In this document: positions 1 to 9,665 of the stretch, piece after piece
Layout: each line of letters starts with the position of its first letter
How positions within the stretch are numbered: the stretch's first letter is position 1
Assembly (NCBI GenBank): GCA_026992595.1
Contig: JALWZW010000050.1
Span: forward strand, 1 to 41,227
Length of the DNA: 41,227 nucleotides
Reading direction: 5' to 3'
Source of the DNA: Candidatus Micrarchaeota archaeon
GTDB taxonomy: Archaea > Micrarchaeota > Micrarchaeia > Anstonellales > Bilamarchaeaceae
Program-made: the position numbers and the translations under genes
Notes under the pieces: generated by a model
The model's database searches: none
What the model was told of the DNA's origin: nothing
Seen by the model: only the letters and a program-made list of their open reading frames with translations

Positions 1-2
1 TG

Positions 3-635
3 TGGAGGTCTTTGGAGAAAGAGGAGGAATATTGGAAAAAGGAGTTAAAAACAGGTAAGGCAAGGTATCTGCTCTATAAACCACTAAAAATCCTTAATAT
101 GTTTCTTATCTCTGTCATGATGGCCGGCGCTTTAGTCAGTTACTACTATCTCGCTCTTTTATTGGGCCGCAATATTTTTGATTTAAACTCATGGGCATGG
201 ACTGTAGGAGGAGCGGCTGTTTTTTATGCTTCTCTAAATGTTGCAAGCCGCATATCTAGGTGGTTATGGAAGGTAGAGTACTGTGAGGCGAATAGAGATA
301 AATATTGGTGTATAGATTTTCCTTCTATGAGGTTGCGCTCTTTGAGAGCGATCCGGCGCATTGCGGAAGGCGAGGTTACAAAGGAGAATTTAGAGGCCCT
401 CGAGATCTACAATCATACCTTGGATTTTAAATTGGAAGACGGCACCTCTCTTTTTGAGCGCGCCTATCAGAACAACAATGTAGAGGCGATGAGGATTTTG
501 CTTATCCTTTCCTTTTGGCCTCCTTATGAAAAGGTTATCTCCTATTTCTTATCACGCCTAGAAGAAAAGGCGCGCACAGAGGGAGGGGGAAAGGGGGAGT
601 GCGCAGAGGCTAAGAACGCAAACAATCCCTCTTAA
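3..635 (+). CDS. 5'-truncated membrane protein with ankyrin-like motif; paralog of 11294-12646
   Basis: The frame is open to the left window edge (TGG AGG TCT TTG...). Two hydrophobic helices are followed by LEDGTSLFERAYQNNNVEAMRILLILS, which is 17/27 identical to a segment of the 450-aa ORF at 11294-12646. Confidence 0.7.
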   Translation, partial: WRSLEKEEEYWKKELKTGKARYLLYKPLKILNMFLISVMMAGALVSYYYLALLLGRNIFDLNSWAWTVGGAAVFYASLNVASRISRWLWKVEYCEANRDKYWCIDFPSMRLRSLRAIRRIAEGEVTKENLEALEIYNHTLDFKLEDGTSLFERAYQNNNVEAMRILLILSFWPPYEKVISYFLSRLEEKARTEGGGKGECAEAKNANNPS

Positions 636-2106
636 CTCTTTCCACACCTATTGCAACCAACAACTTTCCTAAACGCGGCCCTCTCTCTTTCCCTAACAAG
701 GTTTTGTAAATCTCTGCAAAAAGTTTTTTTGGCTCCACCCCTTTTTCCCGCGCAAAATCAAACACTGCGTTATGAATGGTAAGCGCATCATCTCCTGCCT
801 TTAACCTATTTAAAAATTCCGCAACCAGCCCCTCTGCTTTAGATGGCCGGTAGGAGAAGGCATACTCCTCTGGCACAATGCCTTTTTTCACCCATTCTTC
901 TACATAGCCCGCAATGCTCATCACGCTTTCCTCTCCTGTTCTTTCCTTCACCTCTTCCCAGTTTTTGTAAAGTTGGTAATAAACCAGCGCATCTGCAAAT
1001 GCCACTCCCCACTCCCTCTCCCCGCTTAAATTATATGCTTCCAGCATCTTCTCCTCTGCTCTTATCAACTCTGGCTTTTCAGGAAGACGGGATGCCCTTT
1101 CATATTCTTCTATTGCTCTTAAGAGGCGCGGCGGTGTAAGGTCCACATTTAGGTTTTCCTCCAAATCAGGGCGGAGAAGCATATATTTTATGGTTTGGGG
1201 AGGCATTATTTTTATCAACTCTCGCACGCTTAGACCTATTCCTTTAGATTTAGAGAACTTCTTCCCTCTCAAAAGCACAAAGCCATATTTATAGGAGAGG
1301 GGGTGTTTTTTGCCTATAATCTGCTCGGTAATTTGCTTGCAACTATCCTCTGAGCCGCCGCGCGTATGATGATCCACTCCAGCCCCTTCAATGCAGGTGC
1401 TGAATATCTGCTTCCATGCAGGCCAATGCAACCGCCACACCAATTTCCACTTATGCTCACTTATGCTGCTCTCTCCTTCTTCCCCACACCCTTTGGTGTA
1501 CCCAACATCTACATCGCACACATATCTAAACCTCTCCCCATCATGCCACACCACCCGTGTGGTTGCTATTTTACCGCAATGGGCGCACACCGCCATTAAA
1601 GGCGACCAGTTTTTCAATTTCCTTCCGCTCACGCGCTCTAAAATCTCCTTAACTTCCTTCTCCTTCCTTAAAAACAACCGCGCCCATTCATCAAACCTCC
1701 CCTGCTCATAATACTCATTTATCCTCACAATCTCTGGACGCACCCCTAATTTATCCATTATTCTCTTTGCTTCATCTAAATAATGGTCTCCAAAACTTTC
1801 GCTCTCTCCTGTAGGGTCTGGGACATTGCACAGCGGCTTTCCTAAATGCGCTTTTAACTCCCCCTCCCATTCCTTCATCTCTGCAGGGATGCTGTCAAAC
1901 GCATCAAAAATATCCGCGATAAAATAGAACTTTACTTGGCGCCCTTTCCGCTTTAGTTGTTGGGCAATTACCCAAGGAAAAAGAAATTCGCATATTGTTC
2001 CCAAATGCGCGGGCCCAGAAGTGGTCATTCCCCCTGTCACCACTAGCTCTTCCCTATCTTTATATTCCGCTATCACCCTTTCTGCAAGCATTTCTGACCA
2101 GTGCAT
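610..2106 (-). CDS. lysS: Lysyl-tRNA synthetase, class I
   Basis: N-terminal MHWSE, HIGH-like TSGPAHLGT, Zn-knuckle CAHC, KLVWRLHWPAWK, GVDH, KMSKS-like KFSKSKG, and C-terminal GPRLG anticodon-binding motif. Confidence 0.96.
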   Translation of the reverse strand: MHWSEMLAERVIAEYKDREELVVTGGMTTSGPAHLGTICEFLFPWVIAQQLKRKGRQVKFYFIADIFDAFDSIPAEMKEWEGELKAHLGKPLCNVPDPTGESESFGDHYLDEAKRIMDKLGVRPEIVRINEYYEQGRFDEWARLFLRKEKEVKEILERVSGRKLKNWSPLMAVCAHCGKIATTRVVWHDGERFRYVCDVDVGYTKGCGEEGESSISEHKWKLVWRLHWPAWKQIFSTCIEGAGVDHHTRGGSEDSCKQITEQIIGKKHPLSYKYGFVLLRGKKFSKSKGIGLSVRELIKIMPPQTIKYMLLRPDLEENLNVDLTPPRLLRAIEEYERASRLPEKPELIRAEEKMLEAYNLSGEREWGVAFADALVYYQLYKNWEEVKERTGEESVMSIAGYVEEWVKKGIVPEEYAFSYRPSKAEGLVAEFLNRLKAGDDALTIHNAVFDFAREKGVEPKKLFAEIYKTLLGKERGPRLGKLLVAIGVERVKRDCLRS

Positions 2107-2202
2107 GAGGATTTATAAGAGGAAGAGGATTATAAGTTTTTGGGAAGGGCGCGCCTGTTAGTCAAAGTTAAAAATAAAAACCTTAAAGTGCTTTATCTTC
2201 TG

Positions 2203-3375
2203 ATGGCTTTGGACCTAATGCCCGCCGTGCCTATGCTTGCGGTAGCAGTTTCTATTTTTCTCGCCCTCGCTTATTTACTCTCCCGCGCTCTTCAGAACGA
2301 GCAGTTAGCGCTTTGGGTGAAGATTGAGTTGGCTGAATTGATTGTTTCTGCAGTGCTCATCGCCATTATAACGGGCATGTTTGCGAGCGCACCCCAAATT
2401 TTAAGAGATTATACCGGGGAGGCGGGTGATTTTAGAGAAATAACGCTTGCTGTTGTAGATGGTTGGATTGATGGTTTTTATGCTTCTTATAAAGGGCTGG
2501 TAAAACTCTCTAACTTCATAGGTCAAATGTCCTCGCTAACCTTCGGAGTTTCCATACCTGTTTATGTTTTTACTTTTGGTTTTGGCGGCTCCACTTATGG
2601 GGGAGTGAGCATACTTTTAGGGATGCTTAGCCGCCTTTCCACTTCTTTAACCACCCTTGTTTTTTTGTATGAAGGGTTGAGAGCGCTACTTGAATTTATC
2701 TTTATCACCGTTCCCCCTATTCTCCTCCCCCTCTCTTTCATGGCGCGCCTCATCCCCTTTTTAAGAAAAACAGGGAGCGCTCTTATTGCCTTATCTATAA
2801 CTGCCTATTTGCTTTTACCCTTTGCAATAATCTTCACCAACGCCCTTAATGAAGCGTTGGGAGAGGAAAAGCCAGAGGCAGTGGAAAATGTCTCAAGCCC
2901 CTTCTACTCCCTTTCTGCGGCAAGCGTGATGAAGGGGGTGGTGTGTAGTGAAGTAGGGCGCGTCCCTATAGATACAATAAGAGGACTAAGAAACATGGGG
3001 GAGCAATTATTTGGTTTTATTTCTTGCATTTGGGCGATCCCTTTTGGCTGGTTTCCCGGCTGCTATGCTACTGTGACTCTTAGTATTTATCCCTTCCTCA
3101 ACATAGCTTTTGACCTATTCATGTCTGCCCTCTTTTTGGCGTTTGTTATGGAATATGTTTTTGAATCTGCGGCTGCGGCGGCTGGGGGAGGCGGCTCAGC
3201 ACCCACAGTGATCTTTGAAAGCGCGCAATATTATGCAACAGAAACCACAAAACTGATTGTTTTAGGGAATGTAAATCTTGTTCTAATAGCGCTTATTGTG
3301 CTGGTAGGCGCTCGCTCTATCTCTACAGCGCTTGGCGGTGATTGGTATATGGCAGGAATTCAGAGGTTGATATGA
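2203..3375 (+). CDS. Polytopic membrane protein, paralog A of six-gene array (CedA/VirB6-like by inference)
   Basis: Probable ATG at 2203 downstream of an A/T-rich TATA-like tract (ORF track starts at TTG 2140). Motifs LALWVKIELAELIVSA, LPLSFMARLIPFLRKTGSALIA...YLLLP and LGGDWYMAGIQRLI. Confidence 0.8.
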   Translation: MALDLMPAVPMLAVAVSIFLALAYLLSRALQNEQLALWVKIELAELIVSAVLIAIITGMFASAPQILRDYTGEAGDFREITLAVVDGWIDGFYASYKGLVKLSNFIGQMSSLTFGVSIPVYVFTFGFGGSTYGGVSILLGMLSRLSTSLTTLVFLYEGLRALLEFIFITVPPILLPLSFMARLIPFLRKTGSALIALSITAYLLLPFAIIFTNALNEALGEEKPEAVENVSSPFYSLSAASVMKGVVCSEVGRVPIDTIRGLRNMGEQLFGFISCIWAIPFGWFPGCYATVTLSIYPFLNIAFDLFMSALFLAFVMEYVFESAAAAAGGGGSAPTVIFESAQYYATETTKLIVLGNVNLVLIALIVLVGARSISTALGGDWYMAGIQRLI

Positions 3376-4379
3376 TGAAAAAGGCACTTCTCTTTTTGTT
3401 TTTCATTTCTCTTTCTTATGCGCTTCAATGCGTTGATTTGGGGGAACTTTCCGATTTTATGATTGCAGAGGCCGGCGTCTATTTAGCCCCTCTTATAATG
3501 CTCCTTATAGTGGTAATAGCGCTTTTATATGCAGGAGGCACTGTGCTCAACAGGCCTGACCTTATAATAATTGCAAAAGATGAACTTTACCACTTATTTA
3601 TTTCTGTAATAATTCTTATCTCGTTTGGAGGTGTTGCGGTTTTCTCTTGTTTAGCGCTTGATTTCTTCTATCAAAACCTATTTTCCACCCTTTTTGAAAG
3701 CAGAGATTCTTATTGCTATACCCTCTCCTCTTCAGTGTACGATACCGCTTTTTGCTATGCTGATATGTTGGAGCGTGATGCACTCAAACTTGCAGAAGAA
3801 TATACGCGCTTATATATATCAAAGTTAAGAGAATCTGCTTTTGCCGTGACTATGGGGCTGCTCATCACCGATACTTACACTGTGGCTTCCTCTGCCTACA
3901 ATCGCGTTATTGCAAACCAATATAACTTCCTCCTTAACACTTTTATTATCCCTATTCTTACCAGCATCCGCGTTCAAAAGCTTGCATTGGGCTTTATTCA
4001 AAATGAACTTATAAAATATGCGCTTCCCGCAGCCATCATTGCGCGCTTTATCCCATTCTTGCGCCAATCAGGCAATATGGGGTTGGTGATGGTTCTTTCC
4101 ATTTATGTAATAGTTCCCTTCTTCTATGTGCTTGGTTTATCTACTTTTGAATATATTCTCACCCCTCAAGAGTGCGCAGAAAATGCGTTGCTTCAGCAAG
4201 CGCTTTATGACCCGCCTTTTGATAACTCTGAGATAGCAAACAGTTGCAACCCTGATCAACTAAGTTTTTTAGCAATAGCACGGCTGCTACCGCAAGCGGT
4301 ATTTTTGCCAAACCTAACGCTTACGGTAAGTATTTTATTCATATTAGGCGTTAATAGGGCTTTGAGAGGGATAGGATGA
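3372..4379 (+). CDS. Polytopic membrane protein, paralog B, with signal peptide
   Basis: ATG 3372 overlaps the stop of A (ATGA). Signal-like MKKALLFLFFISLSYA; motifs IAKDELYHLFIS and LPAAIIARFIPFLRQSG...IYVIVP. Confidence 0.8.
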   Translation: MMKKALLFLFFISLSYALQCVDLGELSDFMIAEAGVYLAPLIMLLIVVIALLYAGGTVLNRPDLIIIAKDELYHLFISVIILISFGGVAVFSCLALDFFYQNLFSTLFESRDSYCYTLSSSVYDTAFCYADMLERDALKLAEEYTRLYISKLRESAFAVTMGLLITDTYTVASSAYNRVIANQYNFLLNTFIIPILTSIRVQKLALGFIQNELIKYALPAAIIARFIPFLRQSGNMGLVMVLSIYVIVPFFYVLGLSTFEYILTPQECAENALLQQALYDPPFDNSEIANSCNPDQLSFLAIARLLPQAVFLPNLTLTVSILFILGVNRALRGIG

Positions 4380-6457
4380 AGCGCTTGTTGCTTTTATTTT
4401 TATTGTTTGTTTCTTTTGCCTCCTCTCCTGCTCAAACCCAGTTTGAGGAGGCCACTTCATCCTTTGCTTTAGAATTGGTGCGCGATTGGAAAGCAATTTC
4501 CATCGCCGTCCTTCTCCTCTCCACTGTTATTGTAGCGCTTGCTTACGGTTTCGGTATCGCTTTTGAACTTCCTCAAGTAAAAGCGTGGGCTAATTTGGAG
4601 TTAAGGCAGATTATCGCAAACGCGCTCATCATCGCTTTTCTCATTGCTTCCATTGCTTTTATTGACAATTTGGCGCGCGCGCTTGTGGAGGAAAGCGGAA
4701 TTGCAGTTCCTGAATGCGCTGCAGGCCGCGCTGACTGCTTGCAAGGGGTTGCAAAAACATACATTCAGCAATACTACCAAATGGCTGAAAACGAGTTAAA
4801 GGCGGTTTATTTAGAAAATGTGGCTGATTCGCGTCTTGCTTCTTTAAGAACCTCTGCTTCCTGCTACAGCATCATTGTTCCTGTCCCCTGTTTCCAATTT
4901 GCTATCAACGCTCTCCCATTTGCTATACTTTATTTAGATGTTGATTATAACATGGTGGTGTTTGAGCATTTGCTCAACATTGCCGCTTCCCTTAAGTCAC
5001 AAGAATTTTTTGTAACCGTTATTGGCTACAATTGGGGCCCCATTCTCTTGGCGCTGGGAGTGGTGGCGCGCTCCTTTTATTTAACAAGAAGGTTGGGCGG
5101 CCTTTTAATCGCTGCCTCCATTGGCATCCTCTTTTTCCTCCCCTTTATGTATCTCTTCAATTGGCTTACTTTGGACACCGTTCTAACCTCTTCTTTAGAA
5201 GGGCGCGGCGCTTCTGCAACCTGCCCTTCAGAGTGTATGAAACGCTACCCTGTTGCTTTCAGCGGCTCTCAATCATTTACAGATGAGGACCTGGCAGGGT
5301 TGGGCTTTTCAGAAAATGAGATTAACGCGCTTTCTAATGGAAGCGCCTCTTCGCTCAGCAAAGAGGGCCGCACCTATTATTCCTGCTTTGTGGATGAAAA
5401 CGGCGCGAAATCTGAGGAACAGTGCCCGCGCACCTGCAGAGAGATTCCTTACCCTCAAACCACAGTGTGTGCTGATGAAGATGTGCAAAAGGCATGTGGG
5501 GAGTTGATAAAGGAGTGTAAGGTTGAAAGAGTGGTGGAGGGAGAGGATAGGGATGCGCTTCTGAGCGGCGCTGCGGCTGCTCAATGCCCTGATGCCTGCA
5601 AAATCACCCCCCCGCTTAAGGATGATTGCGGCGCCACTGATTGCAGAACGGTACCTTTTGCGTGCCGCCTTGCCTATAAGCAATATGTGCTTGATGAGGA
5701 TGGGGTGGGCTTCATACCTACTTATTCTTTCCCTGTTAGGTTAGATGATGAAGGAGAGAATATTTGCAGGGATGCGGAAAAGTGCTTTGAGGGGTTGGAA
5801 GATGGCACTTATTTAAGCGCTTATTCTTCCTGCGGCTATATTGTGCCTAAAGAGCAGTCCTGCAGCGAACTTTGTGCTGACTGCCCCCCTCCCTGCCGCA
5901 TTGTTTATATTCCTGCCAGCGAGTCAGACCCTTGGTATATAATGTGCAGGGATTATAGCGTAGAGTGCGTTTCCTGCCCTGTTACTTGCAAAGCAGATGT
6001 CACTTATGATAATTTGAGAAAACTTAAATCTTGCGGCTCTTGCCCTGATTATAAGCGTGTGGTGGGGTTTGGACTTCCTGAAGATTATTTTGAGGGCGCT
6101 TGCTCTTTAGACCAGTGCCCTGCTGATTTAGAGCACAGGGTGCTTATCCCCTCTTCCTCATGCGAAGGGTGTATGTTTAGCGATGAACGCGCCTACTTCA
6201 ACCCGCCCATCACTCCCAATTGCGCTGAGGTGTGCTCTCCTGAGCAGACCACTTATGCCAAATCGCCTGGCCGCTACTCTCAATTGGGCGGAGAGGGGAT
6301 GGCAGGGCCTGAGGAGGTTAAAAACATTTCAAAACTTATGCTTCCCGGCTATCTCTTACCGCTTTTCAATTTAATCGCTACCCTTGTATTTGTAAAAGGG
6401 CTTTCAGAGTTGTTAGGCGGGGATATTGAGATTCCGGGTATTAGGAGGTTGGTGTGA
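4376..6457 (+). CDS. Polytopic membrane protein, paralog C, with large Cys-rich extracellular insertion
   Basis: Signal peptide; motifs WANLELRQIIANA, LGVVARSFYLTRRLGGLLIA...FFLP and LGGDIEIPGIRRLV; 32 Cys in a ~340-aa insert with recurring CPxxC. Confidence 0.85.
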   Translation: MKRLLLLFLLFVSFASSPAQTQFEEATSSFALELVRDWKAISIAVLLLSTVIVALAYGFGIAFELPQVKAWANLELRQIIANALIIAFLIASIAFIDNLARALVEESGIAVPECAAGRADCLQGVAKTYIQQYYQMAENELKAVYLENVADSRLASLRTSASCYSIIVPVPCFQFAINALPFAILYLDVDYNMVVFEHLLNIAASLKSQEFFVTVIGYNWGPILLALGVVARSFYLTRRLGGLLIAASIGILFFLPFMYLFNWLTLDTVLTSSLEGRGASATCPSECMKRYPVAFSGSQSFTDEDLAGLGFSENEINALSNGSASSLSKEGRTYYSCFVDENGAKSEEQCPRTCREIPYPQTTVCADEDVQKACGELIKECKVERVVEGEDRDALLSGAAAAQCPDACKITPPLKDDCGATDCRTVPFACRLAYKQYVLDEDGVGFIPTYSFPVRLDDEGENICRDAEKCFEGLEDGTYLSAYSSCGYIVPKEQSCSELCADCPPPCRIVYIPASESDPWYIMCRDYSVECVSCPVTCKADVTYDNLRKLKSCGSCPDYKRVVGFGLPEDYFEGACSLDQCPADLEHRVLIPSSSCEGCMFSDERAYFNPPITPNCAEVCSPEQTTYAKSPGRYSQLGGEGMAGPEEVKNISKLMLPGYLLPLFNLIATLVFVKGLSELLGGDIEIPGIRRLV

Positions 6458-7443
6458 TGAGAGCGCTTATCTTTTTATTTGTGATTTCCGCTGTTTTTGC
6501 GGCTTGGCAGTCCTTTGCGCTATTAGCGCTCACCACCTCTGTGGTTTTGTTAGCGCTTATATATGGCATTGCCATCGCCTTTTCTGTAAATGAATTGAAG
6601 TTGGTGGCTAAAGAGGAACTTTATCAAATTATCGCCACTGCCCTTATCATCGCTTTGTTGATGGGAAGCGACGGGCTGCTTAATGCAATCTCCACCAACG
6701 CAGACCTCTTGGTGGAAGGCACTACCACTGTGCAGGGAAGCGCTTTAGCCATTCTTTCTAACTACGCAGAACGCTTAGAAAATGCGTTAGAGCGAATAAA
6801 AGAGTTGGACCTTGAGGCAGGTATTGCGGGCTCTACCACTCGCAGTTGCTATGGTGCTTCCTCCACCGCTTACCTTACTTTTAGAGATTGCGGCGGCTTT
6901 TCTATGTACAACCCTGCTTTTTCTGTTGCTGGGGGTGTGGTAGGTGCTGCTTTAGGAGTCATATACTCCATCAAAAATTTAATTCGCTTAGGGGTTGGCT
7001 TTGGCTTCACTATCCTCTTGCCGGTGGGCATCATTTTAAGGACTTTTAAGTTTACGCGAGGTGCCGGAGGGTTGGTTATTGCTTTTGGTATAGCCCTTTA
7101 TTTAATTATTCCTTTGGCAGTTTTATTCGGCGACATGTTGGTTAAAGAGTTTGAGGAAAACTCTTCCACTTATTCTACAGAACCTTCTTCTGTAAGTGTG
7201 GAATTTGATTGCGGGGGCTTTGACCTGAAAGATCTCTATAGAACCCCTACCATGGCTGCTAACAGGGCTGCTTCACAGGTGGATGGGTTAAGACAACTTT
7301 TAAGAGCTTATACTAAAGATGTTTTAATGAGGGGGATTTTAGTGCCTGCTATCGCCCTGCTCTCTTTTGCCAGTTCTCTAAGTGCTTTGGCGGCTTTAGG
7401 AGGGGCAGAGATTAATGTCTCTGCATTGGCGAGGTTTATATGA
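6454..7443 (+). CDS. Polytopic membrane protein, paralog D
   Basis: Start overlaps the stop of C (GTGA/TGATG). Motifs VAKEELYQIIATA, LPVGIILRTFKFTRGAGGLVIA...YLIIP and LGGAEINVSALARFI. Confidence 0.82.
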   Translation: MMRALIFLFVISAVFAAWQSFALLALTTSVVLLALIYGIAIAFSVNELKLVAKEELYQIIATALIIALLMGSDGLLNAISTNADLLVEGTTTVQGSALAILSNYAERLENALERIKELDLEAGIAGSTTRSCYGASSTAYLTFRDCGGFSMYNPAFSVAGGVVGAALGVIYSIKNLIRLGVGFGFTILLPVGIILRTFKFTRGAGGLVIAFGIALYLIIPLAVLFGDMLVKEFEENSSTYSTEPSSVSVEFDCGGFDLKDLYRTPTMAANRAASQVDGLRQLLRAYTKDVLMRGILVPAIALLSFASSLSALAALGGAEINVSALARFI

Positions 7444-8504
7444 TGCTGTGCGAACAGTTTAATGATTTCTTGCTCACCTCTCTCCTGCCTTTAATCGCCA
7501 CCGCCTCTATGGCCACCGGCATTATAATTGCTTTAGTGCTGTTATTGGGAAGGGCGATAGGCAATTCTCGTTTAAGCGTTTGGGCTAAAGATGAGGTGGT
7601 GCAACTCTTCTTCTCCCTTGCCTTTATCTCCTTTGTCCCTCTTTTGGTTAATTTAAGTTGCACCCTAAACGCCAACGATTTCAGAAACATTTTGCTCGAA
7701 GAAACCTCTTCAGAGGTGGTAAATCTCTATGATGCGGCTGAACTTTATGTGCTTTCTGCAGCGCGCTATTCGCATGAGGCGTTGGCAGCGGTGAGGTATC
7801 ATTTAGAGGTGTATGCGGTGCTTTCTGCTTCAAGCGGCTTTGAGTGTGCTTTCTCCTTTTTAGGGTGCTTGTTTGGGTATACTGGAGATAGTTTCTCTCT
7901 TTTTGGAGGATACGGAGCCCTTCAATCCGCCCTCTCTCTTTTCTTTAATTTAACTGTTATCTCTCTCATGACTGCCCTTCTTCATTATTTCATCCTTTCT
8001 CTCACCTCTAAAGCATTCTTGTTCTTCTTACTTCCTTTAGGCCTCTTTTTCCGCTCTCTGCCTTACATGAGGATACTTGGCTCTGTTCTCTTTGCCCTCG
8101 CCCTTTCCTTTATTTTCATTTATCCCCTTCTCCTTTCCATATTTTGGATAGGTAGCGATTTTGTTCTCCTTGTGCCTTCAGAGATCGGCGAGGGCGATGC
8201 TTATTTAAGAGCAGAAGAGGATATGGTGGGCCGTGCAGGGGCTGCAGCCGCTTCTTCGGTGGCTGCGTTGGCCAGTTTGGTGCCAGGAGCAGGCACCGAG
8301 TTAGCACAGGCCGCAATAAAGGCGTTTTATTTTGATGATGTGGATGAGAGGCCTTATGCAGTGATGGATTTTGCGGTAAGGGCGCTTTTTGCCGCTGTTA
8401 TCCTACCCACCTTGGCTTTAATAGGCGCGCTTGCTTCCACCGTTTACATTGCAAAATTCTTTGGCCAGCAGGTAGATTTAAGTAGGTTAATGCAGTTGAT
8501 GTGA
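7440..8504 (+). CDS. Polytopic membrane protein, paralog E
   Basis: ATGA overlap with D. Motifs WAKDEVVQLFFS, LPLGLFFRSLPYMRILGSVLFA...FIYP and FGQQVDLSRLMQLM. Confidence 0.82.
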   Translation: MMLCEQFNDFLLTSLLPLIATASMATGIIIALVLLLGRAIGNSRLSVWAKDEVVQLFFSLAFISFVPLLVNLSCTLNANDFRNILLEETSSEVVNLYDAAELYVLSAARYSHEALAAVRYHLEVYAVLSASSGFECAFSFLGCLFGYTGDSFSLFGGYGALQSALSLFFNLTVISLMTALLHYFILSLTSKAFLFFLLPLGLFFRSLPYMRILGSVLFALALSFIFIYPLLLSIFWIGSDFVLLVPSEIGEGDAYLRAEEDMVGRAGAAAASSVAALASLVPGAGTELAQAAIKAFYFDDVDERPYAVMDFAVRALFAAVILPTLALIGALASTVYIAKFFGQQVDLSRLMQLM

Positions 8505-8508
8505 TAGG

Positions 8509-9642
8509 ATGGCGCTTCCAGATATGTTGGCTTCTTGGGAGGTGGGTTATGTTCCTATTATTGCAGTGGTTTCTCTTACCGCCACTGCCATTTATGCAAC
8601 GCTGCTAGGGTTTGCCAAAGCTTTTAACATGCCTAATTTAGAGCGTTTTGCTAAATCTGAGTTAGCGCAGGTTATTGCTACGGTGTTGATGACTGCCTTT
8701 TTGCTCTTTTTTGTGGGCTCTGCGCTTGAAGTGGCTTCTTCTCTTATAGGTGGAAATATTTACTGCGCCGGCGAATTATATACCTTTGGCGGCTATGAGT
8801 TTGACCCTTCTGAAGGTATTGTTTATGAAAACCAACCTTTGAACAAAGCGTTTGAACTTATTAAGTGCAAATTGAGGACAAGGGGTAAAGAAGTGGGCGA
8901 ATTTATTGACTCTATGTTCCCTCAACTAACGCAAACCAGCCCTCTTCCTTCTCTATCGGGCAGGGCGGCAGAACTTTACATGATCTACTTTCTCTACTAC
9001 TTCAGCGCGAGCGTTTTAGGGATTCCTATCTATAATGGGCAGTTTGGTTTAGGTGGTGGATGGGCCGGAGCGGCAGGGGGCGAACTTTTAAGCGTTTATG
9101 GTTTGGTGGAACAGTCCCGCCTTCTCCTCATGTTTGCGGTAAATGTTTTGGTTGCGATTAACAGCCAATATGCTCTTGTGCTCTATATTCAAAAAACCTT
9201 CCTTGCCATTTTCCTGCCTTTGGGTATTCTTTTAAGGTCTTTCTATTTCACAAGAAGTATAGGTGCCCTGTTTATCTCTCTCGCTCTTTCTCTCTATTTT
9301 GTTTATCCTGTTGTTTATATTCTTTTGGACCCTGGATTTGCGCCCTCTTCAACAAGCGAAGAAGAACCCGCCCCTTCTTCTGTTTCCTCTTTAGGTTGTG
9401 TTAATACCATGAACAGTTTTGCTACTGTTATGTCCTCCTTTGCTTCTGTTCAGCAGCAAACTGCCGCGGTAGGAGAAAGTGAAGGGCAAGCGAGCATTAG
9501 CGATTATTCGCGCTTCTATTTAGAACTTTTGATACACCCTCTTGTTTCTCTCTCTATTTCGCTGTTGGTAGCGCGTTATGTGATGCATCTTTTAGGTGGC
9601 GATCCTTATGCGTTTGCCCGCTTTGCGGCAAAAGTAATATAA
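8509..9642 (+). CDS. Polytopic membrane protein, paralog F
   Basis: Starts 4 nt after the stop of E. Motifs FAKSELAQVIATV, LPLGILLRSFYFTRSIGALFIS...YFVYP and LGGDPYAFARFAAKVI. Confidence 0.82.
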   Translation: MALPDMLASWEVGYVPIIAVVSLTATAIYATLLGFAKAFNMPNLERFAKSELAQVIATVLMTAFLLFFVGSALEVASSLIGGNIYCAGELYTFGGYEFDPSEGIVYENQPLNKAFELIKCKLRTRGKEVGEFIDSMFPQLTQTSPLPSLSGRAAELYMIYFLYYFSASVLGIPIYNGQFGLGGGWAGAAGGELLSVYGLVEQSRLLLMFAVNVLVAINSQYALVLYIQKTFLAIFLPLGILLRSFYFTRSIGALFISLALSLYFVYPVVYILLDPGFAPSSTSEEEPAPSSVSSLGCVNTMNSFATVMSSFASVQQQTAAVGESEGQASISDYSRFYLELLIHPLVSLSISLLVARYVMHLLGGDPYAFARFAAKVI

Positions 9643-9665
9643 ATTTCACAGTGGATTAGGAAGTT

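Noticed and set aside
2140..2202. N-terminal extensions given by the ORF track (also 3342, 10300, 16973, 16992, 24353, 31085, 36816)
   Set aside because: They run through promoter-like AT tracts or upstream genes. Downstream ATGs give better signal peptides, SD sites or stop/start overlaps.
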